From assembly GCA_963726455.1 (NCBI GenBank), contig CAVSCK010000004.1, positions 1,728,001 through 1,792,000 on the forward strand: a DNA stretch of 64,000 nt, given 5' to 3'. Positions 41,712-54,451 of this stretch are shown in pieces; within the stretch, counting starts at the first letter, position 1; each line of letters begins with the position of its first letter. The translations under genes and the position numbers were made by a program. The notes under the pieces are model-generated. The model saw only the letters and a program-made list of their open reading frames with translations, had not been told where the DNA came from and did no database searches. Source of the DNA: an uncultured bacterium (GTDB lineage: Bacteria > Zixibacteria > MSB-5A5 > CAIYYT01).

Positions 41712-42541
41712 CGAACGGCTCAAAGTTGCGTGTCGGCATTCTCGGCCTGGGACAAATCGGCGGATCGATAGCGCTTGGCTTGAAGAAGCAGCAATCGTAT
41801 TTAGTCGCCGGTTACGACATAAATCATTCCCTCATGCAAGCGGCGCAGGGCAGGCAGGCAGTTGATTTGGTCTGCTCGTCAGCCGCGGAGTTGATTGAAC
41901 AGAGTCAGATTCCGATCATTGCTTTGCCGATCGCCGGCATAATTGAAACTCTGCGTGAATATCGCAAACCGTTACTCTCAAAACTGGCGGTTAGCGACAC
42001 AGGATCGCTCAAGAGTGCGATTATGGCGGAAGCGGCGAATCTTGGAATCAACAACTTCATCGGTGGACACCCCCTCGCCGGAACCGAACTGCGCGGAGCC
42101 GAATCCTGGAACGCGGCATTGTTCGAAGGCGCCAATTACTTCATCACGCGAAACAACGACACAAGGCCCGAGAGTCTAAGTCATATCATCTCGCTGATCG
42201 AAGCTCTGGGCGGCGTGAAAAGGGAAATCGCAGCAGACGTTCATGACATGATATTCGCCACCACCAGCAACCTGCCACATGTACTCGCTTATGTGCTCAG
42301 ACACTTGTATTCGGAGAGGAAATCTCAGCACTCAGTTGCAGAACTATTCGCCTGCCCCAGCTTCAACGGCATTACGCGCGTCGCGAAATCCGACCCCGAG
42401 ATGGTGTTTCAGATGCTCTGGCACAACCGGGATAATCTCAGGCGCGCGCTGGCGGAATTGAACTTTAGATTGACAGACATCCAAAATGCCATAGATAACA
42501 CAGATGAAGTTCAGTTTCGTCGACTGTTCAATATCGGCTGA
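41708..42541 (+). CDS. tyrA: Prephenate/arogenate dehydrogenase
   Basis: [23 protein letters not shown]...A.TS.LPH. Confidence 0.9.
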   Translation: MTNGSKLRVGILGLGQIGGSIALGLKKQQSYLVAGYDINHSLMQAAQGRQAVDLVCSSAAELIEQSQIPIIALPIAGIIETLREYRKPLLSKLAVSDTGSLKSAIMAEAANLGINNFIGGHPLAGTELRGAESWNAALFEGANYFITRNNDTRPESLSHIISLIEALGGVKREIAADVHDMIFATTSNLPHVLAYVLRHLYSERKSQHSVAELFACPSFNGITRVAKSDPEMVFQMLWHNRDNLRRALAELNFRLTDIQNAIDNTDEVQFRRLFNIG

Positions 42542-42562
42542 GCTTTCTGGAGTCTAACAACA

Positions 42563-43822
42563 GTGCCAATAAGAGGAACACTTGCTCTTCCCGGCGATAA
42601 ATCGCTGTCACATCGAGCGATCATGTTTGCCGCTCTGGTAAGAGGAACATCGAAGGTGACGAACCTTAGCAGAGGCGCGGATGTTTGCACAACCAGAGAG
42701 GTGTTCTCGAAACTCGGAACAGTTTTTCACACTGAAGGTGAAGCGCTCTTAATAGATGGCGGCGGCATCGAATCATTCTTCACAGACAACTCCCGACTTT
42801 ACTGCGGCAACTCGGGTACTACACTGAGACTGCTGCTCGGGATATTGGCAGGAAGCAGGGTCTCGTGTGAACTTTACGGCGATGAATCACTCAATCGGCG
42901 TCCCGTGAAGCGAGTGATCGACCCGCTCACGCTGATGGGCGGCGATCTGCATTCGGTTGACGGAAGTGATCGACCGCCGGTGCGCGTAAGGGGAGCGTCG
43001 CTGCACGGAATTGATTATGAGTCGCCGGTGGCGTCGGCGCAGGTGAAGTCCGCAGTCCTGTTGGCTGCAATCAACGCGTCAGGCGTCACGCATTACCGCG
43101 AACCGGCCAAATCGCGCGATCACACCGAACGATTCCTTGAATGGCAAGGTTACCCCATTGCGGTAGCTGGAACCGAGATCACGATGGCGCCCGGGGGAAT
43201 TTTGACGCCATTTGAATATAAAGTGCCGGGCGACATTTCCACGGCGGCATTCTACATCGTGGCCGCCTTACTCACTGCGGGCAGCGAGCTATTGCTGCAG
43301 AACGTCCTGCTCAATCCAACCCGCACCGGCGCACTGGAAATTCTGGAAAAGATGGGCGCCGAAGTCAAGTACGAGAATTGTCAGGTGCGAAGCGGTGAAC
43401 CGGTTGGTGACGTGCTGGTGAATCACTCGCCCTTGATCGGACGGGACGCTACCGGAATTGATACGGCACGTTTCGTTGATGAAGTCCCCATACTTGCAGT
43501 GGCAGCAATGTTTGCGCAGGGCACGACCGTCTTCCACAATATTGGCGAATTGCGCGTCAAAGAATCTGATCGCGCGCAAGGTATAGTTGACGTGCTGGCA
43601 TGTTATGGCTGCAAGTCCGAGATTCAAGGAGACAAATTGGTCATCGAAGGAGGAGTAGACGCCAGGCAGAAAGCTCCATCGCACCAGAATGATCACAGAT
43701 TGGCAATGATGATCGAAATCATCGAGCTGGTTCGCAGGGGGCAGGTGTCCGGCGAATACCGCAACACGATCGCAATTTCAGCTCCGGAGTTTTACGATAA
43801 TCTTAAGAGAATAATTCATTAG
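42563..43822 (+). CDS. aroA: 3-phosphoshikimate 1-carboxyvinyltransferase (class II EPSPS)
   Basis: PGDKSLSHRA, GNSGTT.RL, SAQVKSA, RDHTE, ELRVKESDR, DHRLAM. Confidence 0.95.
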   Translation: MPIRGTLALPGDKSLSHRAIMFAALVRGTSKVTNLSRGADVCTTREVFSKLGTVFHTEGEALLIDGGGIESFFTDNSRLYCGNSGTTLRLLLGILAGSRVSCELYGDESLNRRPVKRVIDPLTLMGGDLHSVDGSDRPPVRVRGASLHGIDYESPVASAQVKSAVLLAAINASGVTHYREPAKSRDHTERFLEWQGYPIAVAGTEITMAPGGILTPFEYKVPGDISTAAFYIVAALLTAGSELLLQNVLLNPTRTGALEILEKMGAEVKYENCQVRSGEPVGDVLVNHSPLIGRDATGIDTARFVDEVPILAVAAMFAQGTTVFHNIGELRVKESDRAQGIVDVLACYGCKSEIQGDKLVIEGGVDARQKAPSHQNDHRLAMMIEIIELVRRGQVSGEYRNTIAISAPEFYDNLKRIIH

Positions 43823-43863
43823 GTCATGAGGACTTCTGACTAGAGTCAACGAAGGAAGACGCC

Positions 43864-44760
43864 ATGCAATACTTGTATATCAATGGGAAATATCGGTCTA
43901 CCGCCCTTGACAACATTTCGACGATGGTGCAGGCGTTCAACTACGGAACGGCCGCGTTTGAAGGCATGAAGGCATTCTACAATCCTGCAACCCGGAAATC
44001 TTATGTATTCAGGCCAGATCAGCATTTTCAGCGGCTCACCAAGAGCGCGGAGATGATTGACATCGAATTGAAACTGACATTGGATCAGTTTGTGGGTGCG
44101 ATTGCGACATTGATCCGAAAGAACAAGATTGCGGATGACACTTACATCAGGCCCATCGTCTATCGTGATTTCAAGGGAGTGGGCCTGTCCAAACCATCTG
44201 GCTACGGCGTCTCCATCTTTACGCAGCCGTCTCCGCACTCATCCGGCAACCGCCTGCGCGCTTGTTTTGTATCACAGCGGCGACCGGTGGACGGCACATT
44301 CTCCGTAAAATTGACCGGAAATTATCTGCTATCATATTTTGCCTATCGCGAAGCCAACCGAAAAGGATATGACGTGGGCATTCTGCAATCCTCTGACGGA
44401 TACCTCTCGGAAGCCACGGTTATGAATCTGTTCCTTGTTCGTAAAGGGCAGCTCTTAACTCCATCTACGGATTGCGGCGCGTTATCGGGCATTACTCGCC
44501 TAAGCGTAATGCAAGTTGCGAAGGGACATCTTGGTCTGCGAGTGTCCGAAGGCAAGTACCGCAAGGAAAGTTTGCTCGATGCCGATGAGGCGTTTCTAAC
44601 CGGCACCGGTTCGGGGGTCAATTTCATTGCACAGATCGAAAAGAAGAAGCTCGGCGGGTCGGGAAAGAATGGTGTTTCAGCCCAAGTCGCCGCGACGTAC
44701 GAGGACTTGGTGCGCGGCCGGCTCAGCGAATATTCCGACTGGCTGGTGCCCCTCAAATAG
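43864..44760 (+). CDS. Fold-type IV aminotransferase (IlvE-like)
   Basis: YGTAAFEG.K, H..RL..SA, YIRP, K.TGNY, LSGITR, EAFLTGT. Confidence 0.85.
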   Translation: MQYLYINGKYRSTALDNISTMVQAFNYGTAAFEGMKAFYNPATRKSYVFRPDQHFQRLTKSAEMIDIELKLTLDQFVGAIATLIRKNKIADDTYIRPIVYRDFKGVGLSKPSGYGVSIFTQPSPHSSGNRLRACFVSQRRPVDGTFSVKLTGNYLLSYFAYREANRKGYDVGILQSSDGYLSEATVMNLFLVRKGQLLTPSTDCGALSGITRLSVMQVAKGHLGLRVSEGKYRKESLLDADEAFLTGTGSGVNFIAQIEKKKLGGSGKNGVSAQVAATYEDLVRGRLSEYSDWLVPLK

Positions 44761-44930
44761 CGCCCGTCGCGGGCAATTGCATCTCCCAGATTCCTTCAGA
44801 TTCCCGCCACAGAACTCCAAATTCTGTTGCGATTCTTCGTATTCTAACTGGAAATGGTGGGCACAAATGGTGAGAAAGTCCTTTGCTGAATCTAGGAAAT
44901 CGTAGCAATTAATCTTAAGAGGATCGGGGC

Positions 44931-47342
44931 GTGGATAGTTATCGCGGTGATCGTTTAGCATTCGGACAACCGGGAATTGAGCCACGTTGGACGCGTGGAA
45001 ACAAGGATGGGGTCGGCACCGCCTATTCGGCGGCCAGCCGGATCTGGTTTACCTTGTGGAATGGAATCTTGACGGAGGTTTACTATCCGACAGTCGATCG
45101 GCCGCAGTTGCGCGATATGCAGTATCTCATCAGTGATGGCGAGAGCTTCTTTCACGACGAAAATCGCCATCTGGTCACGGAAATGGAACCGCTGTCTCCA
45201 CTGGCTCTGGGATATCGAATTATCAACACCGACAAACGCGGCCGTTATTCCATCACGAAAGAAGTGATCGCCGATCCTCACCTTTCCTGCATTCTGCAGA
45301 GGACCCATCTGTCAGGAGATGAAGACTTCCTGTCGCGACTTCACCTCTATGTACTATGTGCCCCACATTTGAATGTCGGCGGAGCAAACAATAACGCCTA
45401 CGTGATTGAAGTCTCTGGAAGAGAAATTCTCATCGCCGAAAAGCAAGGCACCTGGATGGCATTAATGGCGTCCATTCCGTTTTGCCGGCTGTCTGTCGGC
45501 TACGTCGGCCGCAGTGACGGTTGGACTGATATTGCCCGCAACTATCACTTGGATTGGGAATTTGACCAGGCCACCAACGGTAACGTAGCACTGACCGGCG
45601 AGATTCCGCTGGATGGCCAACGGGAATTCACGCTGGGTCTGGCATTGGGCGAAAGTCTGCACAGCGCCGTGACTACACTGTTCCAGTCCTTGGGAGTTCC
45701 GTTCGAGACTCAGATGACGCGTTACGTTGAGCAGTGGAGCCGTCCCTGGCGCAATATCCAGCCACTGGAAAAAGTGTCCGGTGACGAAGGCCGCTTGTAT
45801 CGCAAGAGCTACACTCTTCTTATGTCCCACGAAGACAAGACGTATCCCGGAGCTTTGATTGCATCTATGTCGATACCCTGGGGGGAGGCCAAGGGCGATG
45901 AAGACATGGGCGGCTATCACCTTGTCTGGACGAGGGATATTGTCAACAGCGCTACCGGCTTACTCGCTGCCGGAAATAAGGAGACACCTCTGCGAGTCCT
46001 GATTTATCTCGCAGCCAGCCAGCAGGAGGATGGCGGTTACCCCCAAAATTTCTGGATCGACGGACAGCCATACTGGAGCGGCGTCCAACTTGATGAGGTT
46101 TCCTTTCCGATCTTGTTAGCGTGGCGATTGCGCAGAGAAAACGCCCTTCAGGACTTCGATCCTCTGACCATGGTTCTACGTGCAGCCGGGTATATCATAA
46201 AACATGGCCCGGCTACTCAGCAGGAACGCTGGGAAGAAGCGAGCGGCTATTCGCCGTCTACACTGGCAGCCAATATTGCCGCCTTGATCGCGGCAGCTCA
46301 TTTCGCCGAGGAACGCAAGGAATTGTCCACTGCTCTGTATCTCAAAGAATATGCCGACTTCCTGGAGCAGCGTCTCGAAAAGTGGACGGTAACGACCGAA
46401 GGCGTGCTGCATCCCGCCATTAGCAGGCACTACATCAGAATCAAACCGGTTGACGTAGACGATCCCTTTCCGGATGAAGATCCGAATCATGGGATGCTGA
46501 CTATTCCCAACCTCAAGCCCGGCGCCGACAATCATTTCTCTGCCAAGGATATCGTTGATGCCGGCTTCCTGGAATTTGTCCGCTACGGAATCCGCAGACC
46601 GGATGATCCACTAATAGTAGATTCGCTGAAAGTGGTCGATTCGGTTCTGAAAGTTGAGACACCGGCGGGACCGTGCTGGCATCGGTACAATCACGACGGC
46701 TTTGGTCAATGTGAAGATGGGGGGCCTTATCATGGCTGGGGAAAGGGTCGCGCCTGGCCATTACTAACAGGTGAGCGCGGACATTATGAACTGGCAGCGG
46801 GCGGAGATGTAAACCTGTACTTGCGCACTATCAATCGCCTCGCGTCACCGGCGGGACTTCTTCCCGAACAGGTTTGGGATGAACCGGATCGCCCAAAGAT
46901 CCACATGTATTTTGGCAAACCAACCGGTGCTGCCATGCCGCTCATGTGGGCGCACGCCGAGTACATCAAACTATTGCGATCGGCATTTGACGGGGTGGTC
47001 TTCGACTACATTCCGGAGGTCGGCGATCGCTACCGCACTCGCTCGGGCTGCAAGTCGATCGAAATCTGGAAGCATAATCGGCAGGTGACACAGGTTGTTA
47101 CGGGATCAACCTTGCGCATTCAGGCCACGGGCGCATTCCGTCTTCACTGGACAGCAGACGAATGGCAGACTGTCCAGAACACTGATTCAACCTCCGTTGC
47201 TCTCGGCATCGACTACGTGGATGTACCGATCCGCCCCGATCAGCGCGCGCCTATCCGATTCACGTTCCTGTGGTTAACGGACATTCGCTGGGAAGGGCGT
47301 GACTACAGAGTCAACGTCACACTAAAGCCCCACGGGGACTAA
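44931..47342 (+). CDS. Glucan 1,4-alpha-glucosidase / glucodextranase (GH15)
   Basis: AFG.PG..PRWT...KDGVG, GGYHLVWTRD, QERWEE, GRAWPLLTGER, LPEQVWD, PL.WAHAEY. Confidence 0.92.
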   Translation: MDSYRGDRLAFGQPGIEPRWTRGNKDGVGTAYSAASRIWFTLWNGILTEVYYPTVDRPQLRDMQYLISDGESFFHDENRHLVTEMEPLSPLALGYRIINTDKRGRYSITKEVIADPHLSCILQRTHLSGDEDFLSRLHLYVLCAPHLNVGGANNNAYVIEVSGREILIAEKQGTWMALMASIPFCRLSVGYVGRSDGWTDIARNYHLDWEFDQATNGNVALTGEIPLDGQREFTLGLALGESLHSAVTTLFQSLGVPFETQMTRYVEQWSRPWRNIQPLEKVSGDEGRLYRKSYTLLMSHEDKTYPGALIASMSIPWGEAKGDEDMGGYHLVWTRDIVNSATGLLAAGNKETPLRVLIYLAASQQEDGGYPQNFWIDGQPYWSGVQLDEVSFPILLAWRLRRENALQDFDPLTMVLRAAGYIIKHGPATQQERWEEASGYSPSTLAANIAALIAAAHFAEERKELSTALYLKEYADFLEQRLEKWTVTTEGVLHPAISRHYIRIKPVDVDDPFPDEDPNHGMLTIPNLKPGADNHFSAKDIVDAGFLEFVRYGIRRPDDPLIVDSLKVVDSVLKVETPAGPCWHRYNHDGFGQCEDGGPYHGWGKGRAWPLLTGERGHYELAAGGDVNLYLRTINRLASPAGLLPEQVWDEPDRPKIHMYFGKPTGAAMPLMWAHAEYIKLLRSAFDGVVFDYIPEVGDRYRTRSGCKSIEIWKHNRQVTQVVTGSTLRIQATGAFRLHWTADEWQTVQNTDSTSVALGIDYVDVPIRPDQRAPIRFTFLWLTDIRWEGRDYRVNVTLKPHGD

Positions 47343-47456
47343 AAGTTTTGCAGATTCCAAGAGTCCTTCGTAATGTTAACTTGTGCAGCGCTTTCTATAA
47401 ATGTAAAATTGAAGTCTGCTAAAGTCGGACGAGACAGAAGACGGAACTTACTTTGA

Positions 47457-49115
<1,659 letters not shown>

Positions 49116-49172
49116 CGTGCGTTTAAGATACACAGTCCTCACTCACGTACATTATGCTGAAAGGGAAATCAA

Positions 49173-51272
49173 ATGAACGTATCCGAAGATCCAGTCCCTG
49201 CTGCTACTGATACAGCTAAGCCAGCCGCTTCACCGTCGAATTCGAGAATCCCGAAACATCCCAGCCAGTCCGACCTTGACGAATTATGCATAAATACTAT
49301 CCGTTGCCTGTCGATGGACGCCGTCCAAAAAGCGAAGTCCGGACATCCCGGCATGCCGATGGGGATGGCGCCCGCGGCTTACGTTCTGTGGACCAAGCAC
49401 CTGAGATTCAATCCGCAACATCCCAAATGGGTCAATCGTGATCGCTTTGTCCTGTCGGCCGGACACGGATGCATGCTGCTGTATTCGTTGTTGCACTTGA
49501 CCGGATACGATCTGTCGCTCGACGAAATCAAGAATTTCCGTCAGTGGGGCAGCAAGACACCGGGACATCCGGAATACGGACACACTCCGGGAGTCGAGGT
49601 CACAACCGGGCCGTTAGGGCAAGGCATATCAAATTCTGTCGGCATGGCCATCGCCGAAAAGTATCTCGCCTCTTATTTCGATCGCGATCAATTCCCAATT
49701 ATAGATTACCGTATCTATGTGATTGCCGGGGACGGTGACTTGGAAGAGGGCGTGGCCTCAGAAGCTTGTTCGCTTGCGGGACACCTCGGCCTCAACAATC
49801 TCGTCGTGATCTATGATGACAACCACATCACGATCGATGGCAACACTTCCCTCTCTTTTGGAGAAGACGTTGCCAGGAGGTTTGAGGCCTACGGCTGGTT
49901 TGTGCAAACTGTCGGGGGCGACGGCAACGATATTGCGGCAATTGACAAAGCAATAGTCGCCGCGAAAAATGAAAAGAATCGTCCTTCTCTCATCAAGTTG
50001 CGCACTCACATTGCCTATGGCAGCCCCAACAAGCAGGACACCAAAGATGCTCACGGCTCGCCGCTGGGAGACGAGGAGATCGCGCTAACGAAGAAACGAT
50101 ACGGTTGGGATCCTGAGAAGAAATTCTATGTACCCGAAGAAGCGCTCAAGGCGTTCAAAGTTGCCGTTGACAGAGGCGCCCTACTGGAAAAATCATGGAA
50201 AGAGCTTTTCGAGAAATTTGCAGCAACTTATGCCGATCTTTCACGCGAATTCCGAAATGCAGCCGCGCGGAAACTTCCCGACAATTGGCAGCAGGTCTGG
50301 ACGGAATCTGCTCCGAAATTCGACCCTGCTACATCAATTGCGACTCGTGAAGCCCAGGGCAAAATTCTGGACGCGATCATGCCCAAGCTGCCGCTCGTTG
50401 TTGGCGGATCGGGAGATCTGACACCGTCCAACAATACATTCTTCAAAGGTGCAATAATTTTCGACGCCGGCAATCGCGCCGGACGATACATCCACTACGG
50501 AGTGCGAGAGCATGGAATGGGCGCCATCCTCAACGGTATAGCCGTGAGTGATATGCTGATTCCGTACGGTGGTACCTTCTTCTGTTTCTCCGACTACATG
50601 CGCCCGTCGATTCGGTTGGCAGCGTTATCGAGATATCCGACGATCTTTATCTATACTCATGACAGCATCGGCCTTGGCGAGGACGGACCCACGCATCAAG
50701 CAGTTGAGCATCTGGCGGCACTGCGCGCAATACCGGGATTAGTCATACTTCGCCCCGCAGATGCCAATGAAACGGCATTCGCCTGGAAATATGCCCTTGA
50801 ACATCGAAACGGTCCGACTGTTATGGCCCTGACCAGGCAGAAACTTCCGGTTCTCGATCAGACACGTTATTCTTCCGCAGCCAACGTGGAAAGAGGTGGG
50901 TACGTACTCACTCAGACTGCAAATCCTCAAGTGCTGCTGATCGCCACCGGATCTGAAGTACATCTGGCACTACGCGCATTCGAAAAGCTCACTGCGGAAG
51001 GAGTTCGTGCCTCAGTTGTAAGCATACCTTCGTGGGAATTGTTCGAAATGCAGTCGCAGGAATATCGTGATAGCGTTCTACCCCCTTCTGTCACTGCAAG
51101 AGTGGCGATTGAGGCGGGCGTGAAACTTGGCTGGGAGCGCTACCTGGGTCCTAAAGGCGAGTTTGTGGGCATGAAATCCTTCGGCGCTTCTGCACCTGCT
51201 GACGTTGCGTTTCGGGAATTTGGCTTTACGGTCGAAAACGTGCTCGCGGCAGTCAAAAGGACCATGGGATGA
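49173..51272 (+). CDS. tkt: Transketolase
   Basis: [39 protein letters not shown]. Confidence 0.97.
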   Translation: MNVSEDPVPAATDTAKPAASPSNSRIPKHPSQSDLDELCINTIRCLSMDAVQKAKSGHPGMPMGMAPAAYVLWTKHLRFNPQHPKWVNRDRFVLSAGHGCMLLYSLLHLTGYDLSLDEIKNFRQWGSKTPGHPEYGHTPGVEVTTGPLGQGISNSVGMAIAEKYLASYFDRDQFPIIDYRIYVIAGDGDLEEGVASEACSLAGHLGLNNLVVIYDDNHITIDGNTSLSFGEDVARRFEAYGWFVQTVGGDGNDIAAIDKAIVAAKNEKNRPSLIKLRTHIAYGSPNKQDTKDAHGSPLGDEEIALTKKRYGWDPEKKFYVPEEALKAFKVAVDRGALLEKSWKELFEKFAATYADLSREFRNAAARKLPDNWQQVWTESAPKFDPATSIATREAQGKILDAIMPKLPLVVGGSGDLTPSNNTFFKGAIIFDAGNRAGRYIHYGVREHGMGAILNGIAVSDMLIPYGGTFFCFSDYMRPSIRLAALSRYPTIFIYTHDSIGLGEDGPTHQAVEHLAALRAIPGLVILRPADANETAFAWKYALEHRNGPTVMALTRQKLPVLDQTRYSSAANVERGGYVLTQTANPQVLLIATGSEVHLALRAFEKLTAEGVRASVVSIPSWELFEMQSQEYRDSVLPPSVTARVAIEAGVKLGWERYLGPKGEFVGMKSFGASAPADVAFREFGFTVENVLAAVKRTMG

Positions 51273-51718
51273 AGGTGGCGATTGCCTGCGACCATGCCGG
51301 CTTCGCGTTGAAGCAGGAATTGGCGGTGGCTCTGCAACAGGACGGGCATGAGGTGCATGACTTGGGCGCTTATGACACACGACCCTCAGATTACCCCGAT
51401 TACGCCCGCGCCATCGGCAAGGCGGTAGTGTCCGGCCAGGCAGAACGCGGTATTCTAGTGTGCGGCAGCGGCATTGGTGCATCGGTTGCCGCCAATAAGA
51501 TCAAGGGCATCCGCGCCGGTTTGGCACATGATACATATTCGGCGCACCAAGGCGTTGAACACGACAATGCCAACGTATTATGTCTTGGTTCGCGCGTCAT
51601 CGGTACGGCCCTCGCCCTCGAAATTGCGCGGGCATTCCTAAAAGCAACTTTTTCGAACGAGGAGCGGCACATTCGACGTCTCCAGAAGGTTCTAGATATA
51701 GAGAAACAGCAGAGCTGA
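51269..51718 (+). CDS. rpiB: Ribose-5-phosphate isomerase B
   Basis: DHAG, DYPD, CGSGIG, ANK..GIRA, RH.RR. Confidence 0.95.
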   Translation: MKVAIACDHAGFALKQELAVALQQDGHEVHDLGAYDTRPSDYPDYARAIGKAVVSGQAERGILVCGSGIGASVAANKIKGIRAGLAHDTYSAHQGVEHDNANVLCLGSRVIGTALALEIARAFLKATFSNEERHIRRLQKVLDIEKQQS

Positions 51719-51730
51719 GGAGAATCGATA

Positions 51731-52864
51731 ATGAATGCAATACAACAGCTTGACAAATTTGGCCAGAGCATCTGGTTTGACAACATCAGCCGGAAGTTGA
51801 TCAGCAGTGGCAAGTTAAAGGAAATGGTTGGCGAGGGCCTGCAGGGCGTCACCTCAAATCCGACGATTTTTGACAAAGCTATTGCCGGCACCAGCGACTA
51901 CGACGACCAGATTCGCGAATTGACGGATGCGCATCCTGATATGGCTACCGCGGATATCCTGAGGGAACTCATGATATCCGATATAAAGACGGCCGCAGAT
52001 GTGTTGCGTCCCGTATATGATCACACAAATGGGCGCGATGGGTACATCAGTATCGAGGTCAATCCGCACAGCGCACATGATACACGGGCAACGGAAGAGG
52101 AAGTGCGCTATTTCTGGAATCGCATCACCCGACCCAATCTCATGGTCAAGATCCCGGCGACCAAAGAAGGTCTGCCCGCGATCGAACAGATGACTTCTGA
52201 AGGAATCAACATCAATGTGACCCTCATATTTTCGCAGGAACGTTATTGCGAAGTCGTGGACGCTTATTTGCGCGGAATTGAAGCCCGGCTAACAAATGGA
52301 AACCGAGTCAATCAAGTTACTTCGGTTGCCAGTGTTTTCGTTAGCCGTGTTGACACGCTCGTGGATAGTCTGCTGGAAAAGAAGATCCAGGAGGCAACCG
52401 ATTCGAAAACGGGAGACGAACTGCGGAAGCTGCTCGGAACTGCCGCGGTTGCAAACGCGAAATTGATCTATCAATCATTCAAGGAGATATTCGGTACACC
52501 CCGGTTTGTATCGCTGCAAAAGAGAGGGGCAAGAATTCAGCGTCCTCTGTGGGGCAGCACCGGGACCAAGAACCCGGCTTATAGTGAATTGAAATACGTC
52601 GAGAATCTTGTCGGTGCGCAGACTGTCAACACGGTCCCGCCACAAACATACGCCGCGATGCTCGACCACCTCACTCCTACGTTGACGATCGAGAGCGATC
52701 TCGACACTGCAAAGGCGTTGCTGCAAGAACTTTCAAAGCACGGCATCGACTTGGGATGGGTGATGCAGAAACTGGAGGATGACGGTGTCGCAGCTTTCGA
52801 GAAATCATTCGACGATCTGTTGGGAAGTCTTGCCGGTAAGCAAGTGACATTGCTTCACGCTTGA
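51731..52864 (+). CDS. tal: Transaldolase (type 2)
   Basis: GQSIWFD, GVTSNPTIF, VKIPAT, NVTLIFS, ASVFVSRVD. Confidence 0.95.
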   Translation: MNAIQQLDKFGQSIWFDNISRKLISSGKLKEMVGEGLQGVTSNPTIFDKAIAGTSDYDDQIRELTDAHPDMATADILRELMISDIKTAADVLRPVYDHTNGRDGYISIEVNPHSAHDTRATEEEVRYFWNRITRPNLMVKIPATKEGLPAIEQMTSEGININVTLIFSQERYCEVVDAYLRGIEARLTNGNRVNQVTSVASVFVSRVDTLVDSLLEKKIQEATDSKTGDELRKLLGTAAVANAKLIYQSFKEIFGTPRFVSLQKRGARIQRPLWGSTGTKNPAYSELKYVENLVGAQTVNTVPPQTYAAMLDHLTPTLTIESDLDTAKALLQELSKHGIDLGWVMQKLEDDGVAAFEKSFDDLLGSLAGKQVTLLHA

Positions 52865-52903
52865 CGACCGATAACCTTTCGTGTTGAACTTATAGAGGGG
52901 ACT

Positions 52904-53515
52904 TTGGCTAAGATCACAACCATGTTTTGGGATATCGGTGGTGTGATTCTGACCAACGGCTGGGAGTTGGAATCCCGACGGGCAGCGGCGTCGCGTTTTG
53001 GCCTGAACTGGGAGGAATTTGAGGACCGGCACGGGCTGGTGGTCGACGACTTCGAAACGGGTCGAATCACACTGGCCGAATACCTGGACCGCACGATCTT
53101 CTACCGGCAACGGGAATTCACCGCGGAAGAAGTCAAGTTGTTCATGTTCGAACAATCACAGGCAAATGTCGAGACACTTTCGATTCTGGCGAAACTGTCA
53201 AACAGTGGCGATTACTTTCTGGCGGCACTAAATAATGAAGCACTCGAACTAAACCTGTATCGAATTGAGAATTTCGGACTTCGCAACTACTTTGCCGACT
53301 TCTTTAGTTCATGCTTTCTTGGCGTCAGAAAACCGAATCGCGCCATATATGATATTGCCTTGCAGGTCACGCAACGTCGTCCCGAGGAATGTCTTTACAT
53401 CGACGACCGGCTGCTCAATCTCGAATGCGTCAAGCATCTGGGCATGGCAACGATTCATTATCAAAACCCGCAACAGTTAGCGGCGGAAATGCACGAGTAT
53501 GTTGCGTTTGAATAG
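52904..53515 (+). CDS. HAD-superfamily phosphatase
   Basis: DIGGV, RKP, IDDR..N motifs. Confidence 0.88.
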   Translation: MAKITTMFWDIGGVILTNGWELESRRAAASRFGLNWEEFEDRHGLVVDDFETGRITLAEYLDRTIFYRQREFTAEEVKLFMFEQSQANVETLSILAKLSNSGDYFLAALNNEALELNLYRIENFGLRNYFADFFSSCFLGVRKPNRAIYDIALQVTQRRPEECLYIDDRLLNLECVKHLGMATIHYQNPQQLAAEMHEYVAFE

Positions 53516-53540
53516 AAGATTCAAAGGAGGAAGCTGAATT

Positions 53541-54449
53541 ATGGAGCTTGGGATGATCGGTTTGGGCCGAATGGGTGCCAACATGGTGTTGCGATTATTG
53601 AGTGGTAAACACAAGGTGGTGGCATACAATCGCAGTCCTGACGCGGTGCAGCGGGTTGTCGACAAGGGAGCAACTAGCGCCAAGTCGTTACAGGATCTGG
53701 TCGGACAATTGGCTTCCCCGCGAATCTTGTGGCTGATGATACCGTCCGGCGCGCCAGTTGATGACGCGTTGGCGCAATTGGTAACAATGGTCTCGCGCGG
53801 TGACATAATCATTGATGGCGGAAATTCCTATTACCGAGATTCATTGCGTCGGGCAAAGATGCTCAAAGAAAAGGGAATCGACTACGTGGACGTGGGCACC
53901 AGCGGCGGCATCTGGGGACTGACCGAGGGGTACAGCATGATGGTCGGTGGCGACGCACAAATCGTCGACCGCCTGCGGCCGATCTTCGAAACACTTGCTC
54001 CGGCGCCCGACAAGGGCTGGGGACGCGTCGGGCCGGTCGGCTCAGGCCATTTCGTCAAGATGGTACACAACGGAATCGAGTACGGCATGATGCAGGCCTA
54101 TGCCGAAGGTTTTGCGCTGATGAAACAGAAAAAGGAATTCGCTCTTGACCTCCACCAGGTGTCCGAAATCTGGCGCAGCGGCAGCGTAGTGCGGTCGTGG
54201 TTGTTGGACCTGACGGCAGAGGCATTGCAGGAAAATCCCGATCTGAAAGATATCGCTCCGTTTGTGGCCGATTCCGGCGAAGGTCGCTGGACTGTCTCGG
54301 AGGCGATTGATCTCGATGTGCCGGCGCCGATTATTACGCTATCGTTACTGGAACGCCTACGCTCCCGTGTCGATGATTCGTTTGGAGACAAACTGCTTGC
54401 GGCCATGAGGCAGAAATTCGGCGGCCACGCCGTCAAGCGGAAGGAGTAG
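53541..54449 (+). CDS. gnd: 6-phosphogluconate dehydrogenase (decarboxylating, short form)
   Basis: GLGRMG, IDGGNS, GTSGG, GHFVKMVHNGIEYG, DSGEGRWT, FGGH. Confidence 0.95.
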   Translation: MELGMIGLGRMGANMVLRLLSGKHKVVAYNRSPDAVQRVVDKGATSAKSLQDLVGQLASPRILWLMIPSGAPVDDALAQLVTMVSRGDIIIDGGNSYYRDSLRRAKMLKEKGIDYVDVGTSGGIWGLTEGYSMMVGGDAQIVDRLRPIFETLAPAPDKGWGRVGPVGSGHFVKMVHNGIEYGMMQAYAEGFALMKQKKEFALDLHQVSEIWRSGSVVRSWLLDLTAEALQENPDLKDIAPFVADSGEGRWTVSEAIDLDVPAPIITLSLLERLRSRVDDSFGDKLLAAMRQKFGGHAVKRKE

Positions 54450-54451
54450 CC

